Part shown: one piece after another, positions 19,940-29,087 of the stretch
Layout of the letters: the number at the start of each line of letters is the position of its first letter
How positions within the stretch are numbered: the stretch's first letter is position 1
IMG/VR virus record: IMGVR_UViG_3300045049_000079
Location: 1-64,000 of that record
Length of the DNA: 64,000 nucleotides
Reading direction: 5' to 3' (one strand)
From: a virus
Position numbers and translations under genes: made by a program
Notes under the pieces: generated by a model
The model's database searches: none
What the model was told of the DNA's origin: nothing
Seen by the model: only the letters and a program-made list of their open reading frames with translations

Positions 19940-20320
19940 TCACCACGCCTCCAAACGCTCAACAATGCCGATGTCGGTATAGAATCCGCTAGGCTCTGGA
20001 AATGGCTCTTTATGGTATCGCAGCTTAACTTTAAGCATATCTTTAGTACGAACATCAATCTTATGCTCAGCTATAACATGCGTCCATTGGTAGCCCGATA
20101 ATTCCCATGCGATATCTTCACGATAGTTCACGAGGACAACTTGCCCGCTGCTGCTCGACACATAACGCCCAGAACTGGCCTTATATACACCCAGCCCAGT
20201 CCAGTTCTCGACAAACTGCAATTTCTGTCGAATATTGTTGGCAATCAAACAGACAAAAGCGTTAGGATCATTATCCGCAATAGTTACAGCTTTGTATAAC
20301 ATATCTTCAAAACTTTTCAT
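19940..20320 (-). CDS. truncated, degenerate paralog of the terminase large-subunit ATPase domain
   Basis: Aligns by eye to this phage's TerL from just after Walker A to past Walker B (see findings). Confidence 0.65.
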   Translation of the reverse strand: MKSFEDMLYKAVTIADNDPNAFVCLIANNIRQKLQFVENWTGLGVYKASSGRYVSSSSGQVVLVNYREDIAWELSGYQWTHVIAEHKIDVRTKDMLKVKLRYHKEPFPEPSGFYTDIGIVERLEAW

Positions 20321-20453
20321 TGCAGCCCCTTCTCAAACTCACTAGCAAACGCAAGAATCTCGCTCTTAAGCGACTCCAAACAAAACTCGCCATCAAAATG
20401 AAAGCTGTCCTCGTTCATTTCGAGGTAGGCTATTAGGTCGTAAAATGTTTGCT

Positions 20454-20684
20454 TCATGGTTTGTCTTTGAATGTCTCGCAGAACGCATCAATCTCTGTCC
20501 AAAGGGCTTCCTCATCAATCTCAGGAATTTCTTCGTACCAACCTCCGCACGTTGAACAGCCACTTTCTACGTAGTTTTCCTTATCGGTTATAAAATTGCT
20601 ACGATTAGATTTCAGCCAGCTTTTAAGCTGCTCAAAAACTTCTTTCATTTCACACCATCCGGGAAGAAATAATCGTAACTCCAT
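20454..20684 (-). CDS. hypothetical protein
   Basis: Small ORF with CSTC. Confidence 0.55.
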   Translation of the reverse strand: MELRLFLPGWCEMKEVFEQLKSWLKSNRSNFITDKENYVESGCSTCGGWYEEIPEIDEEALWTEIDAFCETFKDKP

Positions 20685-20905
20685 CCGCGCAAATCATAAA
20701 GAATCTTGTCATATTGATCTACCAAACTATCATACTCGACAAGCTCTGGCCCTTGCAAGCCATTGCCCCAATTGTACGCACGAAGGCGCTTGCCATTTTC
20801 TTCACCAATTTCACGAATACGCCGCATAACAATTCTGTACGTGAGTTCGTTCCGAACAAGGAATAGTACAGCGGTTACTAGCACCACGCAAAGATAGATA
20901 GTCAT
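20645..20905 (-). CDS. small membrane-anchored protein
   Basis: N-terminal hydrophobic helix. Confidence 0.6.
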   Translation of the reverse strand: MTIYLCVVLVTAVLFLVRNELTYRIVMRRIREIGEENGKRLRAYNWGNGLQGPELVEYDSLVDQYDKILYDLRGWSYDYFFPDGVK

Positions 20906-20911
20906 GATTTC

Positions 20912-21898
20912 TCAATCCCAGCTAGAACCACTATCAGATGACGAACTGCCACTATCCCAAGAAGATGACCCACTGTCATACGAACTAGAAGAACTGCCGC
21001 TGTCCCAGCTTGACGAGCTACCAGAAGAATAAGACGAGCGATTTTCTTCATAATCCGTATAGCTTGGTGCGGTAGGCGTGTACGAATAGCTGCTCTGCGA
21101 TTCTTCTTCACGACGCTTGCGACGGCGTTCTTCTTCGTAGTCGTAATCACTGCTGCGAGAGTGGCCGCTGAACATATGACGTGCACCATCGTACAGAGCA
21201 TTACCTGCCGCGACACCCACAGCAGTACTAGCCACATCTCTTGCAAAGCTGTTTTGTTGTACAGGTTGTTGCGCAGGGGTTTGATACACAGGCGTCACTT
21301 GAACACTATGAACAGGTGGCACATACGTCTGAGGGGCACTTGCTGAAAAGTCCTCTGGCGGGTTATATCGCACACGGCTCGCACTGCCAGAACATACAAC
21401 ATTTTCAACAGTGGTAGTTTTCACAGGTCGCGAAAGAAACCACACAAGTGCAAGAGTAATCACAAGAAATGTCAGAAACACATAAATCGCTGTATGAGAC
21501 GACGATTGTACAACAGGTTCTTGCGAATATGTAACAGGTTTCTGAGCAACAGCTTTTTGCGATGGCACTTGTGCAACAGGTTTAGCCGTCTGAATCTCCG
21601 CAACCGTACGACCGAACAACGAGCTATTCTGCACATCACCCTTCTTATCCAGACGTTGTGCCGTCTTCAGTTCCGCAGATGCAGCTTGCGGATTATGCTC
21701 GCCTTTGAGCAGGACATAAGCGTTCAGCAGGTGCGCGCGAGCACTATCAGGCTTCTCTCGCAACACTTCGTCAGCCATGCTTTTTGCAGATTGATAGTCG
21801 TGTGCCGCAAGCGCGTCTTCAATCTGTTTTGGCGAAGGCAGAGCGAACGCTGCAACCGACACAACAGAAAGAACGAATGCTACGATAATTTTTTTCAT
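20912..21898 (-). CDS. exported TPR-like membrane protein with Ser-rich C-terminal tail
   Basis: Signal peptide (AFA), TPR-like helices (AKSMADEVLREKPDSARAHLLNAYVLL), central TM helix, (S)nWDSG repeats. Confidence 0.8.
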   Translation of the reverse strand: MKKIIVAFVLSVVSVAAFALPSPKQIEDALAAHDYQSAKSMADEVLREKPDSARAHLLNAYVLLKGEHNPQAASAELKTAQRLDKKGDVQNSSLFGRTVAEIQTAKPVAQVPSQKAVAQKPVTYSQEPVVQSSSHTAIYVFLTFLVITLALVWFLSRPVKTTTVENVVCSGSASRVRYNPPEDFSASAPQTYVPPVHSVQVTPVYQTPAQQPVQQNSFARDVASTAVGVAAGNALYDGARHMFSGHSRSSDYDYEEERRRKRREEESQSSYSYTPTAPSYTDYEENRSSYSSGSSSSWDSGSSSSSYDSGSSSWDSGSSSSDSGSSWD

Positions 21899-21975
21899 GT
21901 TTTCTCCTTGTTCACGTCCGTGAAACGGACAAATAGTTGAACAGAAAGAGCGCCTTTCGACGCCCATCCTACAAA

Positions 21976-22335
21976 TTACAGCGTTTCAGTGCCCTTCTGT
22001 TTCTTCCGACGAGCAAATTTCGTCACGCCCACCAAGCCGAACAGGCCAAAGCCCAGGCCTGCCATTGCAATGCTGTCGGAGCCTTCGTCAGCTTGCGGCG
22101 TAGAGACACGGCCATCGTACGCCATCGAAACAGGGCTAGACACCGTGCAGCAATCTAGCGTTGCAACGCTAGCGCCGACACTCGGAGCAGGGCGCTGATT
22201 GTCTTTCGGATCGACAGCAGCAGTGCGAGCGGAAACGTCCTCATCAGCGACAGCGGAAGCGGAGACGGGCAAGCCTTGTGCGAATGCTTGAGCAGCCATC
22301 AGCGACAAAACCAGTGCGGAGATAACATTCTTCAT
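21976..22335 (-). CDS. secreted protein with a PEP-CTERM-like C-terminal anchor
   Basis: Signal peptide (AFA); C-terminus DEGSDSIAMAGLGFGLFGLVGVTKFARRKK. Confidence 0.7.
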   Translation of the reverse strand: MKNVISALVLSLMAAQAFAQGLPVSASAVADEDVSARTAAVDPKDNQRPAPSVGASVATLDCCTVSSPVSMAYDGRVSTPQADEGSDSIAMAGLGFGLFGLVGVTKFARRKKQKGTETL

Positions 22336-22388
22336 TGTGATTCCTTTCTTGTGTTGTTTGTAGAAGCGCCTTTGTTCAGCGCAAAGAC

Positions 22389-22417
22389 ATGGTACAGGGC
22401 TGTTGAGCGGCTGTCAA
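22389..22417 (-). promoter_or_regulatory. sigma70-like promoter for the envelope module
   Basis: TTGACA-17-TACCAT on the minus strand. Confidence 0.65.
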
Positions 22418-23133
22418 GGATAATTTTCAAGCAGAGCATTTAAGCTTGCAGGGAAGCGATCCTGTACGATTGTTTTAATTTGTTCCGCCACGATGCGAGT
22501 TTCAGCTTGCGTGTATGGAGACAAGCGCAGCACCAGCATGTCAGCAAACGCACCAAGCGTACCGCTCCAAATCCACTCTGTCATGACCGATTGTGGAAGC
22601 ACCATGCGGGCCTGCTCAGCACACACTTTGTTCGCCAAAAGCCAACTGTAAAGGTTCAATGGAAGTTGGGTGAAATCCGCTGTAGACCACGCTTTGTCAA
22701 TGTCCTCGTAGTCACCAGCAAAAAGGAACTCTTTGTTAGCAACTTCCTCAGCACTTCCTTGCTTGACATTCTCAGCTTTTAGGCGCCATTCACTGGGAAC
22801 ATAAAACTCTGGCTCACTATCAACATAACGACGGCTCACCTCATTCCAAGGCATGAACTTATGCTTTACAAGTTGGCGGGCTACGAAAACCGGGGCCTTC
22901 ACACGGACAGTAATAAATGCGTGATTGAAGGGCGATTTATGCTTATGTTTGGCAAGATAGTTAATAAGCTTCTTATCAGTATCTTTTAACACAAGATTAT
23001 CGTCACCGAATTTGTCTGTCCCTACAGATGCCCACTCGCTTTGTTTGTCGAACGACACTCTAGCTGCGTTCACGACACTAAGATCGCTGCCGCAATGGTC
23101 AATGTATTCTACTTTAATATCCGCTACCTTCAA
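22414..23133 (-). CDS. thyX: flavin-dependent thymidylate synthase
   Basis: VNAARVSF, HKSPF, VARQLVKH...NEVSRRY, EQARMVLPQ, TQAETR. Confidence 0.95.
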   Translation of the reverse strand: MKVADIKVEYIDHCGSDLSVVNAARVSFDKQSEWASVGTDKFGDDNLVLKDTDKKLINYLAKHKHKSPFNHAFITVRVKAPVFVARQLVKHKFMPWNEVSRRYVDSEPEFYVPSEWRLKAENVKQGSAEEVANKEFLFAGDYEDIDKAWSTADFTQLPLNLYSWLLANKVCAEQARMVLPQSVMTEWIWSGTLGAFADMLVLRLSPYTQAETRIVAEQIKTIVQDRFPASLNALLENYP

Positions 23134-23366
23134 TTCTTTTCCTTTCCAATTACCTTACCCTCATGGCACCAACCATCCCCGTCATCGTTCCACCAAGGAT
23201 TCTCTTTACTAGTCCAAAACAAATTGTCGTTCAAATACACGTACCCAGCTTCTTCGTGAAGCTCAGATTTCATAAGAGGGTATAAATATTCACTACAAAT
23301 AGCAATGCCACACTTACGAGAAAGCAGCTCAAGTTCGATGATGAAATTGCGTTCGTTGTCAGTCAT
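23130..23366 (-). CDS. hypothetical protein
   Basis: ORF in operon. Confidence 0.6.
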   Translation of the reverse strand: MTDNERNFIIELELLSRKCGIAICSEYLYPLMKSELHEEAGYVYLNDNLFWTSKENPWWNDDGDGWCHEGKVIGKEKN

Positions 23367-23369
23367 ATC

Positions 23370-23738
23370 TCACCAATCATATTCAAAAGAGTACAAGTTC
23401 TTGGACAGCACATCTTCCTTGAACGCTACAATGTCAATTTCTGCGACATCATCTACCATTTCTTCCAAACTCTCTAAAATACGATCTACACTCACTGTCT
23501 CATGGCGTGCAGCAGGCACATAACCATCATACGAAACAAAATCGTCAGGTACACCTTTAAAGTATTTGAGGAAGCAGTAGTGTTGTCGCAAATCAGCAGG
23601 TGCATTCATGAACACTTCCCAGCGCTCATCAAGCGGAATCGATTTGTCTGCAATGTACACCTCAAACTCTCGCTTGATTGCTTCAATTTGTTTGTTGAGG
23701 TCTTCTACTCGTTCTTTGAAGTTCACACAGCCTCCCAC
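23370..23738 (-). CDS. hypothetical acidic protein
   Basis: ORF in operon. Confidence 0.6.
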   Translation of the reverse strand: MGGCVNFKERVEDLNKQIEAIKREFEVYIADKSIPLDERWEVFMNAPADLRQHYCFLKYFKGVPDDFVSYDGYVPAARHETVSVDRILESLEEMVDDVAEIDIVAFKEDVLSKNLYSFEYDW

Positions 23739-24028
23739 GACACAACAGTTTTCGTCACAACTTTCTCAACACGCTTAACTTGCGTAATATCAGGTTGTCC
23801 GTAATACCAGTCGGTGTGGTAACTGCCTTGACGATTATTGTCGATTCGGAAGTAATTGCCCTCCCCATCTTTGAAAACTTGAGTGAGATATTGCGATTTG
23901 TGCTCTTGTGTCCAGTCGTCATCTTCGACAAGTTCAAAGTCTTCTGGAAGTTCGTCTTCACCAATGAAGCCGCATTTATACTCGTCCAGATGCTCTTTAA
24001 CATATTCTTGCAGTTGTTCCAGTGTCAT
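23723..24028 (-). CDS. hypothetical acidic protein
   Basis: ORF with RQGSYHTDWYY motif. Confidence 0.65.
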   Translation of the reverse strand: MTLEQLQEYVKEHLDEYKCGFIGEDELPEDFELVEDDDWTQEHKSQYLTQVFKDGEGNYFRIDNNRQGSYHTDWYYGQPDITQVKRVEKVVTKTVVSWEAV

Positions 24029-24586
24029 TTAAAACCTTTCGTAGAATTCAATAAGTTTTTGATGCGCCTCAAGAGTAATAACCGTTTCGTATCTTTCGGC
24101 TAGTAAACGCGCCGTATGTAGTTTGTGCTTTCTGTAAGACTCCGCCGCAGACTCTACGCACGGGTACGTTCCAAGATACACGTACTTCCCATCCACGTCT
24201 GTACTAGAAACTTTAAAACCACACTTTCTTGCAAACACACCTACCGGCAAAGTTTTATTGCTGCACAACCTTTGTCTTAAGAAAATGTTTATCTTTCTCG
24301 GTATAAATGTGCAAGTCTCTTTGGAATATATGTTAAGCTTTGGATTGATTAAGTCCTTATCCAAATCAAAGTGGTTCCCATGTTCATCCTTAAAATTTAA
24401 ATTAAATTGCGAGGATGCCCACTCAGCAAAAATTTGAAAATCTTTAAAATCTTCAGAAATTGAAACGCTCTGATAACTCACATTATTCGTATGGTTTGCT
24501 TTGACCCTAGACTTCATCCCTTTCCATAACGCACCTAATCTAGTTTTTACAATCACACCATCGATTTTTTCACTTTGTTTATACAT
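24029..24586 (-). CDS. HNH-like homing endonuclease
   Basis: W..MKSR...FQIFAEW...LDKDL...YSKETCTFIP..IN motif plus an AP2-like tail (YLGTY). Confidence 0.8.
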   Translation of the reverse strand: MYKQSEKIDGVIVKTRLGALWKGMKSRVKANHTNNVSYQSVSISEDFKDFQIFAEWASSQFNLNFKDEHGNHFDLDKDLINPKLNIYSKETCTFIPRKINIFLRQRLCSNKTLPVGVFARKCGFKVSSTDVDGKYVYLGTYPCVESAAESYRKHKLHTARLLAERYETVITLEAHQKLIEFYERF

Positions 24587-24593
24587 AAAAGGC

Positions 24594-24812
24594 CTATTTC
24601 TCCAGCCCCTCCAATCGAAAATAAGGTTCAGTAAGCTCGACCGCAATCCATCGAGTTTGCTCTTTCCAACGCACTTGTTTATCCTTGTGCCAATACTTCT
24701 GACCTGCATGAAAGCTACTTTGCAAAGAGTTCTTAGCTTTCCAAGCGATTTTGCCGTTGAACTCTGCGAACCGGCCTGTTTCTGTGTCAAGAATTGCGTA
24801 GATGGATGTCAT
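24594..24812 (-). CDS. hypothetical protein
   Basis: Small ORF coupled to the upstream gene. Confidence 0.55.
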   Translation of the reverse strand: MTSIYAILDTETGRFAEFNGKIAWKAKNSLQSSFHAGQKYWHKDKQVRWKEQTRWIAVELTEPYFRLEGLEK

Positions 24813-25024
24813 TCTTCGTCCTCCGGGTAACGCTCAGCATACGCTGTGTCAAACGCTTCAGATTGCCCAAGACATTCGTGAAGCGTATCGCAATCAAAAT
24901 CCTCAAACACTTCAATCAGTTCGTCGTAAGCTTCTTCAAGCCCGTTTCCATAAAAGCCATCATGGAGGTATTCCATGATAGAAATAATACGCTCACAAAC
25001 TTCACTACCTCGACTCCAAGACAT
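24809..25024 (-). CDS. hypothetical acidic protein
   Basis: AAGGAG RBS. Confidence 0.6.
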   Translation of the reverse strand: MSWSRGSEVCERIISIMEYLHDGFYGNGLEEAYDELIEVFEDFDCDTLHECLGQSEAFDTAYAERYPEDEE

Positions 25025-25033
25025 GATTTCTCC

Positions 25034-25447
25034 TTAGTTATCTCTACAAAACCTATGATTCCCAACAACCCTGTCACATGTCATCTTACGTGCCCATTCT
25101 GGCCTGATGTCCTTGCGGAAGTAGTAGAGGTAGTCACTTGTCAGAACACGCACTGTACCAGACTCGTCCCACTTTAGCAAGAACTTTTTATCGTATCTTA
25201 CGTGGCTAAGTTTCATACCACGTCTGTAAGACGAAAACTGGCCCTTGCGCTTAACAATCTTACAAGCCCCTTCCCCGCTACGACGAGAACGATTGCGGAT
25301 CACTTGTCTCACGGCTGCAATGCCTTTTGCACTTTCTCCGCGTGCTTCCAACCATGTGATAGATTTCTCACAGGTGTTGTCAGCCTGTTTAGCATGCGCT
25401 CCTTGTGCCAGCATCAACACTAGCAGCAGAGCGTTACCTGTGCTCAA
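25034..25447 (-). CDS. SleB-like cell wall hydrolase with signal peptide
   Basis: LEARGES...AVRQVIRNR...CKIV...QFS...YY...PEWA...VGNHRF. Confidence 0.9.
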   Translation of the reverse strand: MSTGNALLLVLMLAQGAHAKQADNTCEKSITWLEARGESAKGIAAVRQVIRNRSRRSGEGACKIVKRKGQFSSYRRGMKLSHVRYDKKFLLKWDESGTVRVLTSDYLYYFRKDIRPEWARKMTCDRVVGNHRFCRDN

Positions 25448-25632
25448 CTTTTCCCTTTCTCAGCAAGCTTGCCAATCTCCACAGCGCATTGCAAACAGAA
25501 GTGAATATGTTGACCACGATTGCGCCGAGAGTATGTGTAAATCATGTCAGTGCCGCGCACAATCTCCTTGTCACATCCCCGGCAGAATGCTTCTCGTTGT
25601 GCTGGACGGCGTTCAATAGGTGATGTGCTCAT
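25444..25632 (-). CDS. small Cys4 zinc-finger protein
   Basis: CRGC...CLQC. Confidence 0.6.
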   Translation of the reverse strand: MSTSPIERRPAQREAFCRGCDKEIVRGTDMIYTYSRRNRGQHIHFCLQCAVEIGKLAEKGKS

Positions 25633-25907
25633 CGTTCGCAGTCTCCTACAACAATACCAAGTTCCTGCTTAGCACGCTCAGACTCCGACCTTTGATCGTC
25701 TACACGAGACATCTGCACAACGTTCTGCACGGTCACTCGCAAGCCACGTTGCACATCTTCTGCAATAGCTTCGTCGCAATACGACCAATATCCCCAACAC
25801 TCAACATGCACCACTTTGCACTCTCCAGAGTGATTCTCACAGCTTCCGTCACATTCATTGTTCCATGCTCTACTGAATGCTCTAGACAGTTCTTGTTCAG
25901 GTGTCAT
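25629..25907 (-). CDS. hypothetical Cys-rich protein
   Basis: CDGSCENHSG...WSYC. Confidence 0.6.
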   Translation of the reverse strand: MTPEQELSRAFSRAWNNECDGSCENHSGECKVVHVECWGYWSYCDEAIAEDVQRGLRVTVQNVVQMSRVDDQRSESERAKQELGIVVGDCER

Positions 25908-26194
25908 ACTTCCTCCAAGACAATATCTTTATTAGACTGCAACAGGTTGTTCACTTTCTCTGTGAGCCACTGTTGTGTATCAGGGGGATAACGCTTCAAG
26001 CGAAGACCTTCTTGAAAACTGAAAAACTGCTCCTCGCCAAACCCTTGTACAGTAACCATATATCCTTCCTGTTTCTTAAATTGTCGTGTAAGATACTCTC
26101 CATGTGCCCCGACAATCGTGCATTCTTTTCCTAAGTAGGGCTCTCTTGTTGCGCCCACCAATACGCACACAGTACCAACTTGAAATCTAGCCAT
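25904..26194 (-). CDS. hypothetical protein, first gene of the leftward arm
   Basis: AAGGAG RBS, directly after a promoter. Confidence 0.65.
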   Translation of the reverse strand: MARFQVGTVCVLVGATREPYLGKECTIVGAHGEYLTRQFKKQEGYMVTVQGFGEEQFFSFQEGLRLKRYPPDTQQWLTEKVNNLLQSNKDIVLEEV

Positions 26195-26225
26195 GTTAGC
26201 TCCTTAAGTTTGTTCAAACACGCAC

Positions 26226-26330
26226 ATCTTACACACAAGTGAGTCGTCGTGTCAACACAAATTTCTTACGACTTCTTACGCACACTGACGCAACAAGGGG
26301 CTTGACGCGTTCAAAATTTGGCACTACAGT
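26226..26330. promoter_or_regulatory. divergent sigma70-like promoter pair
   Basis: Minus: TTGACA-18-TAAGAT (26255-26226). Plus: TTGACG-17-TACAGT (26302-26330). Confidence 0.75.
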
Positions 26331-26355
26331 GGGCACATCACAACAGGAGATTGTT

Positions 26356-27063
26356 ATGTCCACCTTCAAGATTGCTGGGAAAAGCTTCTACGAGTATGTT
26401 GGTTATCGTCTTAAGAAAGACGGTCTTGGGTATTTGCCGTCTAGTCGCTGGGAGGATGGCAGCACTGACATGAAGACATTCATTAAAGCTGTTGTTCCAG
26501 CCTGTGCATACGATTTCCTAGTGTACTGCCATGAGCTAGGCCACTGCAAGAGCAGGCAGTTTCCCGGTTCTGTGATGGCGTCCTTTCAAGGATTCGTTGA
26601 CGAGCCGCGCCTGCTTAGCGAATTCAACGCTTGGGAGTGGGCTATTCGATATGTTCGGCGCTTGGGGCTTTCTGTGACGAAGCAGGAGTGGGTGAGCGCA
26701 CTCAACAAATCCTTCAAGAGCTACACGAAAGCTGCGACGGACAAGCGTAAAGCCAATGATCTTATTGAGAAACTAAATGGCATGCTCGATGTTGATCTCG
26801 AGATGGAGTCTGTAACACCAATTCTAGACAAGTCTAAATTTTCAAACATCAATGTATCGTGGTCCAACACTGTCATCGATTGGAGGGATTCATGGACGAA
26901 GCTTGATGACATTTACGGCGGGTGGGTAAGTGAAAGTCAAGAGAGAGTTCCTAAGAAAACTGTTGCACCTGTTGTACAAAACAAGAAACACAAACCATGG
27001 ATGGACTTGCTAGACAAGCAAGCTAAGAAACATCGTAAACATGATATGAAGCGTTGCTCTTGA
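26356..27063 (+). CDS. HExxH zincin-like metallopeptidase
   Basis: YCHELGH plus downstream E (SEFNAWEWA); AGGAG RBS. Confidence 0.7.
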   Translation: MSTFKIAGKSFYEYVGYRLKKDGLGYLPSSRWEDGSTDMKTFIKAVVPACAYDFLVYCHELGHCKSRQFPGSVMASFQGFVDEPRLLSEFNAWEWAIRYVRRLGLSVTKQEWVSALNKSFKSYTKAATDKRKANDLIEKLNGMLDVDLEMESVTPILDKSKFSNINVSWSNTVIDWRDSWTKLDDIYGGWVSESQERVPKKTVAPVVQNKKHKPWMDLLDKQAKKHRKHDMKRCS

Positions 27064-27132
27064 CAAGCGTATCAATGTTGGTGTACGATGACAGCAATTA
27101 GCAGATGGCTGCTAACATTCTTAGGAGGGTGT

Positions 27133-27588
27133 ATGAAACAACTTAAAGTACGTTGCATCGACAGTCTGAATGCAGAGGGCTTCTTAACTGAAGGTCAAGT
27201 CTACACAGTAAAGGGCGAATATTGGGGGGGTGCTGACTATTGGTTAGAAGAGTGTGACATGTCATGGAGCAAGAGTCGCTTTGAGATTGTTGAAGAGGAA
27301 ACATCACAACAATCACAAGAGGAATACACAGGTGGCAGCGTCAGCTACTACAGTATTTCCGTTGACAACCCAACCGACCCTGACAAGGCTCCCTACGTAG
27401 CAGAGTGTAACGATATCATTGAGGCTCTTGGCATGAACTACGCTGAAGGGAACGCTTTCAAGGCCATCTGGCGCTCTTGTGCTGCACGCAAGCTTGGCAA
27501 TGCTAAGAAGGGCTATGACGACGGATTGTATGACGCTGAGAAGGTTGTATTTTTTGGCAATAGGATGGTTGCAATGGCTAAGAATTGA
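27133..27588 (+). CDS. DUF3310 (T7 gp1.7-like) protein
   Basis: YY...ECNDIIEALGMNYAEGNAFKAIWR...YDAEKVVFF. Confidence 0.7.
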   Translation: MKQLKVRCIDSLNAEGFLTEGQVYTVKGEYWGGADYWLEECDMSWSKSRFEIVEEETSQQSQEEYTGGSVSYYSISVDNPTDPDKAPYVAECNDIIEALGMNYAEGNAFKAIWRSCAARKLGNAKKGYDDGLYDAEKVVFFGNRMVAMAKN

Positions 27589-27589
27589 A

Positions 27590-28309
27590 GGCCGAGTTCA
27601 TTTTCGATTTCTTGTTCAGTTTCTAGCCAAAAACTCGATCCTGGTCCGGGAATATGCACCTACTGGGATCAACGAGGCATGTTTAGAATTTCCCCCAACA
27701 ACATGCCTCTCTTCCCTCTCCCTTCACATCCTCCACAACACACCTAACAATCTCTTCCCGGCCCCTCTAGACAAGGCTCCGCCCTGCTACCTCTTGGGCT
27801 GCATCTTTTAGGCAAAATCCTCCCCTTTCCCCGTTGTAGAACGTGGCTTAGTTTTCTTCTGGCAATAAAATCCCTACCTTAATCTACTAGGGAATTCGGC
27901 ATATTCAATAGTACGCCTGTCCTGTAGAGGCTTCCCTATCAATTCTGATAGGGCGGCTGAACTATGCTATGCGTTAAGCATCTAACAGAAGCTAGAAAGC
28001 GCAAGAATTACAATCCAGTTACACCACTATAGACCCTGTGGAGCAGTCTGTACAGCAAAATTATCACGCAATTCTCACATTCGTGTGAGAGCATGCCTAC
28101 AGGGTACTGGTTGCATATACAGCAATGGTGTGAGAATTCGCGCATATCACGGTTGAGACAAGAAAGATAGGGGTATATGAAAATTTCTATTGACAGCGAC
28201 AACCTATACGTTTAAGATTCACTCCATCGACGCAGCAGAGACAACAGTTAAAGCGGCGACAAGACAACTAACTTAACGTACACACGCATATACATACAGG
28301 AGAAATATC
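27590..28309. other. long non-coding block, left boundary of the early region
   Basis: No credible ORF; C/T-rich tract at 27690-27835; several hairpins. Confidence 0.6.
28190..28218 (+). promoter_or_regulatory. early sigma70 promoter
   Basis: TTGACA-17-TAAGAT with an AT-rich UP region. Confidence 0.8.
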
Positions 28310-29002
28310 ATGGCACTTCGTCAATTTGTGGTTCGCACCTCGCCCCTGACCCATGAAGCAATGATTGTGGACGCGGCAAGCCGAGACAACGGCCGTCTTC
28401 GTGCGATTGTTCAAGGCAAGGAAGTTGAAATCGGCATGGACACGTATATGGCTTCCGGTTCTGTTGATCTTCCATCGGCAGAGAAGATTGTGCGAGCGTG
28501 GGCCAAACAACACAACATTCCAGAGACGGACGTAATGGTGCGAGTTCGACTCCCGAAGACTAATGTTAAGCCTCGTGAAAAAGCGCGCAAGACGAATGAT
28601 GTGACAGCAACCAACCTGTCCCTTGTCAAGAGCGCTGAGAAGCCGGAACAAGACTTGACGGCAATGGCTCAAGCGATGCAAAATGCTCACAACGAGCAGA
28701 AAGCTTCGGCAAACAATCCTGAGGGTGCAACTGTCAAGCGCACTGAGGAAGAAAAGAAGGCAACTGCTGACGGTAAGAAAAAACGTGGCTACACTCGCAA
28801 GACTGAGGAGCAATCTGCACGGAGCAAGGCAGCAATGGCCCGCTACCTCAAGGAGCTAGAAGCTACCAGCCAGCAATCGCCCACGATCATGGAACCCGTC
28901 AAGCCCGGTCCCGGCGTTACGCAAGAACAGATTGACTCTGCGGTCATGGAGCTTGCGGTTGCGATTGCGAAGGTTCTGAAGGCTAACCCCGGAGCACTGT
29001 AA
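28310..29002 (+). CDS. monocistronic early hypothetical protein
   Basis: AGGAG RBS, own promoter and terminator. Confidence 0.8.
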   Translation: MALRQFVVRTSPLTHEAMIVDAASRDNGRLRAIVQGKEVEIGMDTYMASGSVDLPSAEKIVRAWAKQHNIPETDVMVRVRLPKTNVKPREKARKTNDVTATNLSLVKSAEKPEQDLTAMAQAMQNAHNEQKASANNPEGATVKRTEEEKKATADGKKKRGYTRKTEEQSARSKAAMARYLKELEATSQQSPTIMEPVKPGPGVTQEQIDSAVMELAVAIAKVLKANPGAL

Positions 29003-29038
29003 AGCATATCCCTCCCTCGTGCATGTTGATGCATGTTT

Positions 29039-29069
29039 GCCAGCCCTAACCCGGCTGGCTTTTTCTTTT
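29039..29069 (+). terminator. intrinsic terminator
   Basis: GCCAGCC-loop-GGCTGGC followed by TTTTTCTTTT. Confidence 0.85.
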
Positions 29070-29087
29070 GTACGATACGAAAAGTCC

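Noticed and set aside
20912-21030. Repetitive DNA resembling a short repeat array
   Set aside because: Explained by the Ser-rich (SSSWDSG)n coding tail; not CRISPR-like.
1455-26134. Numerous plus-strand ORFs overlapping the leftward replication genes (and minus-strand ORFs over 53-64 kb)
   Set aside because: Antisense shadows of real genes; no RBS, no motifs, atypical composition.
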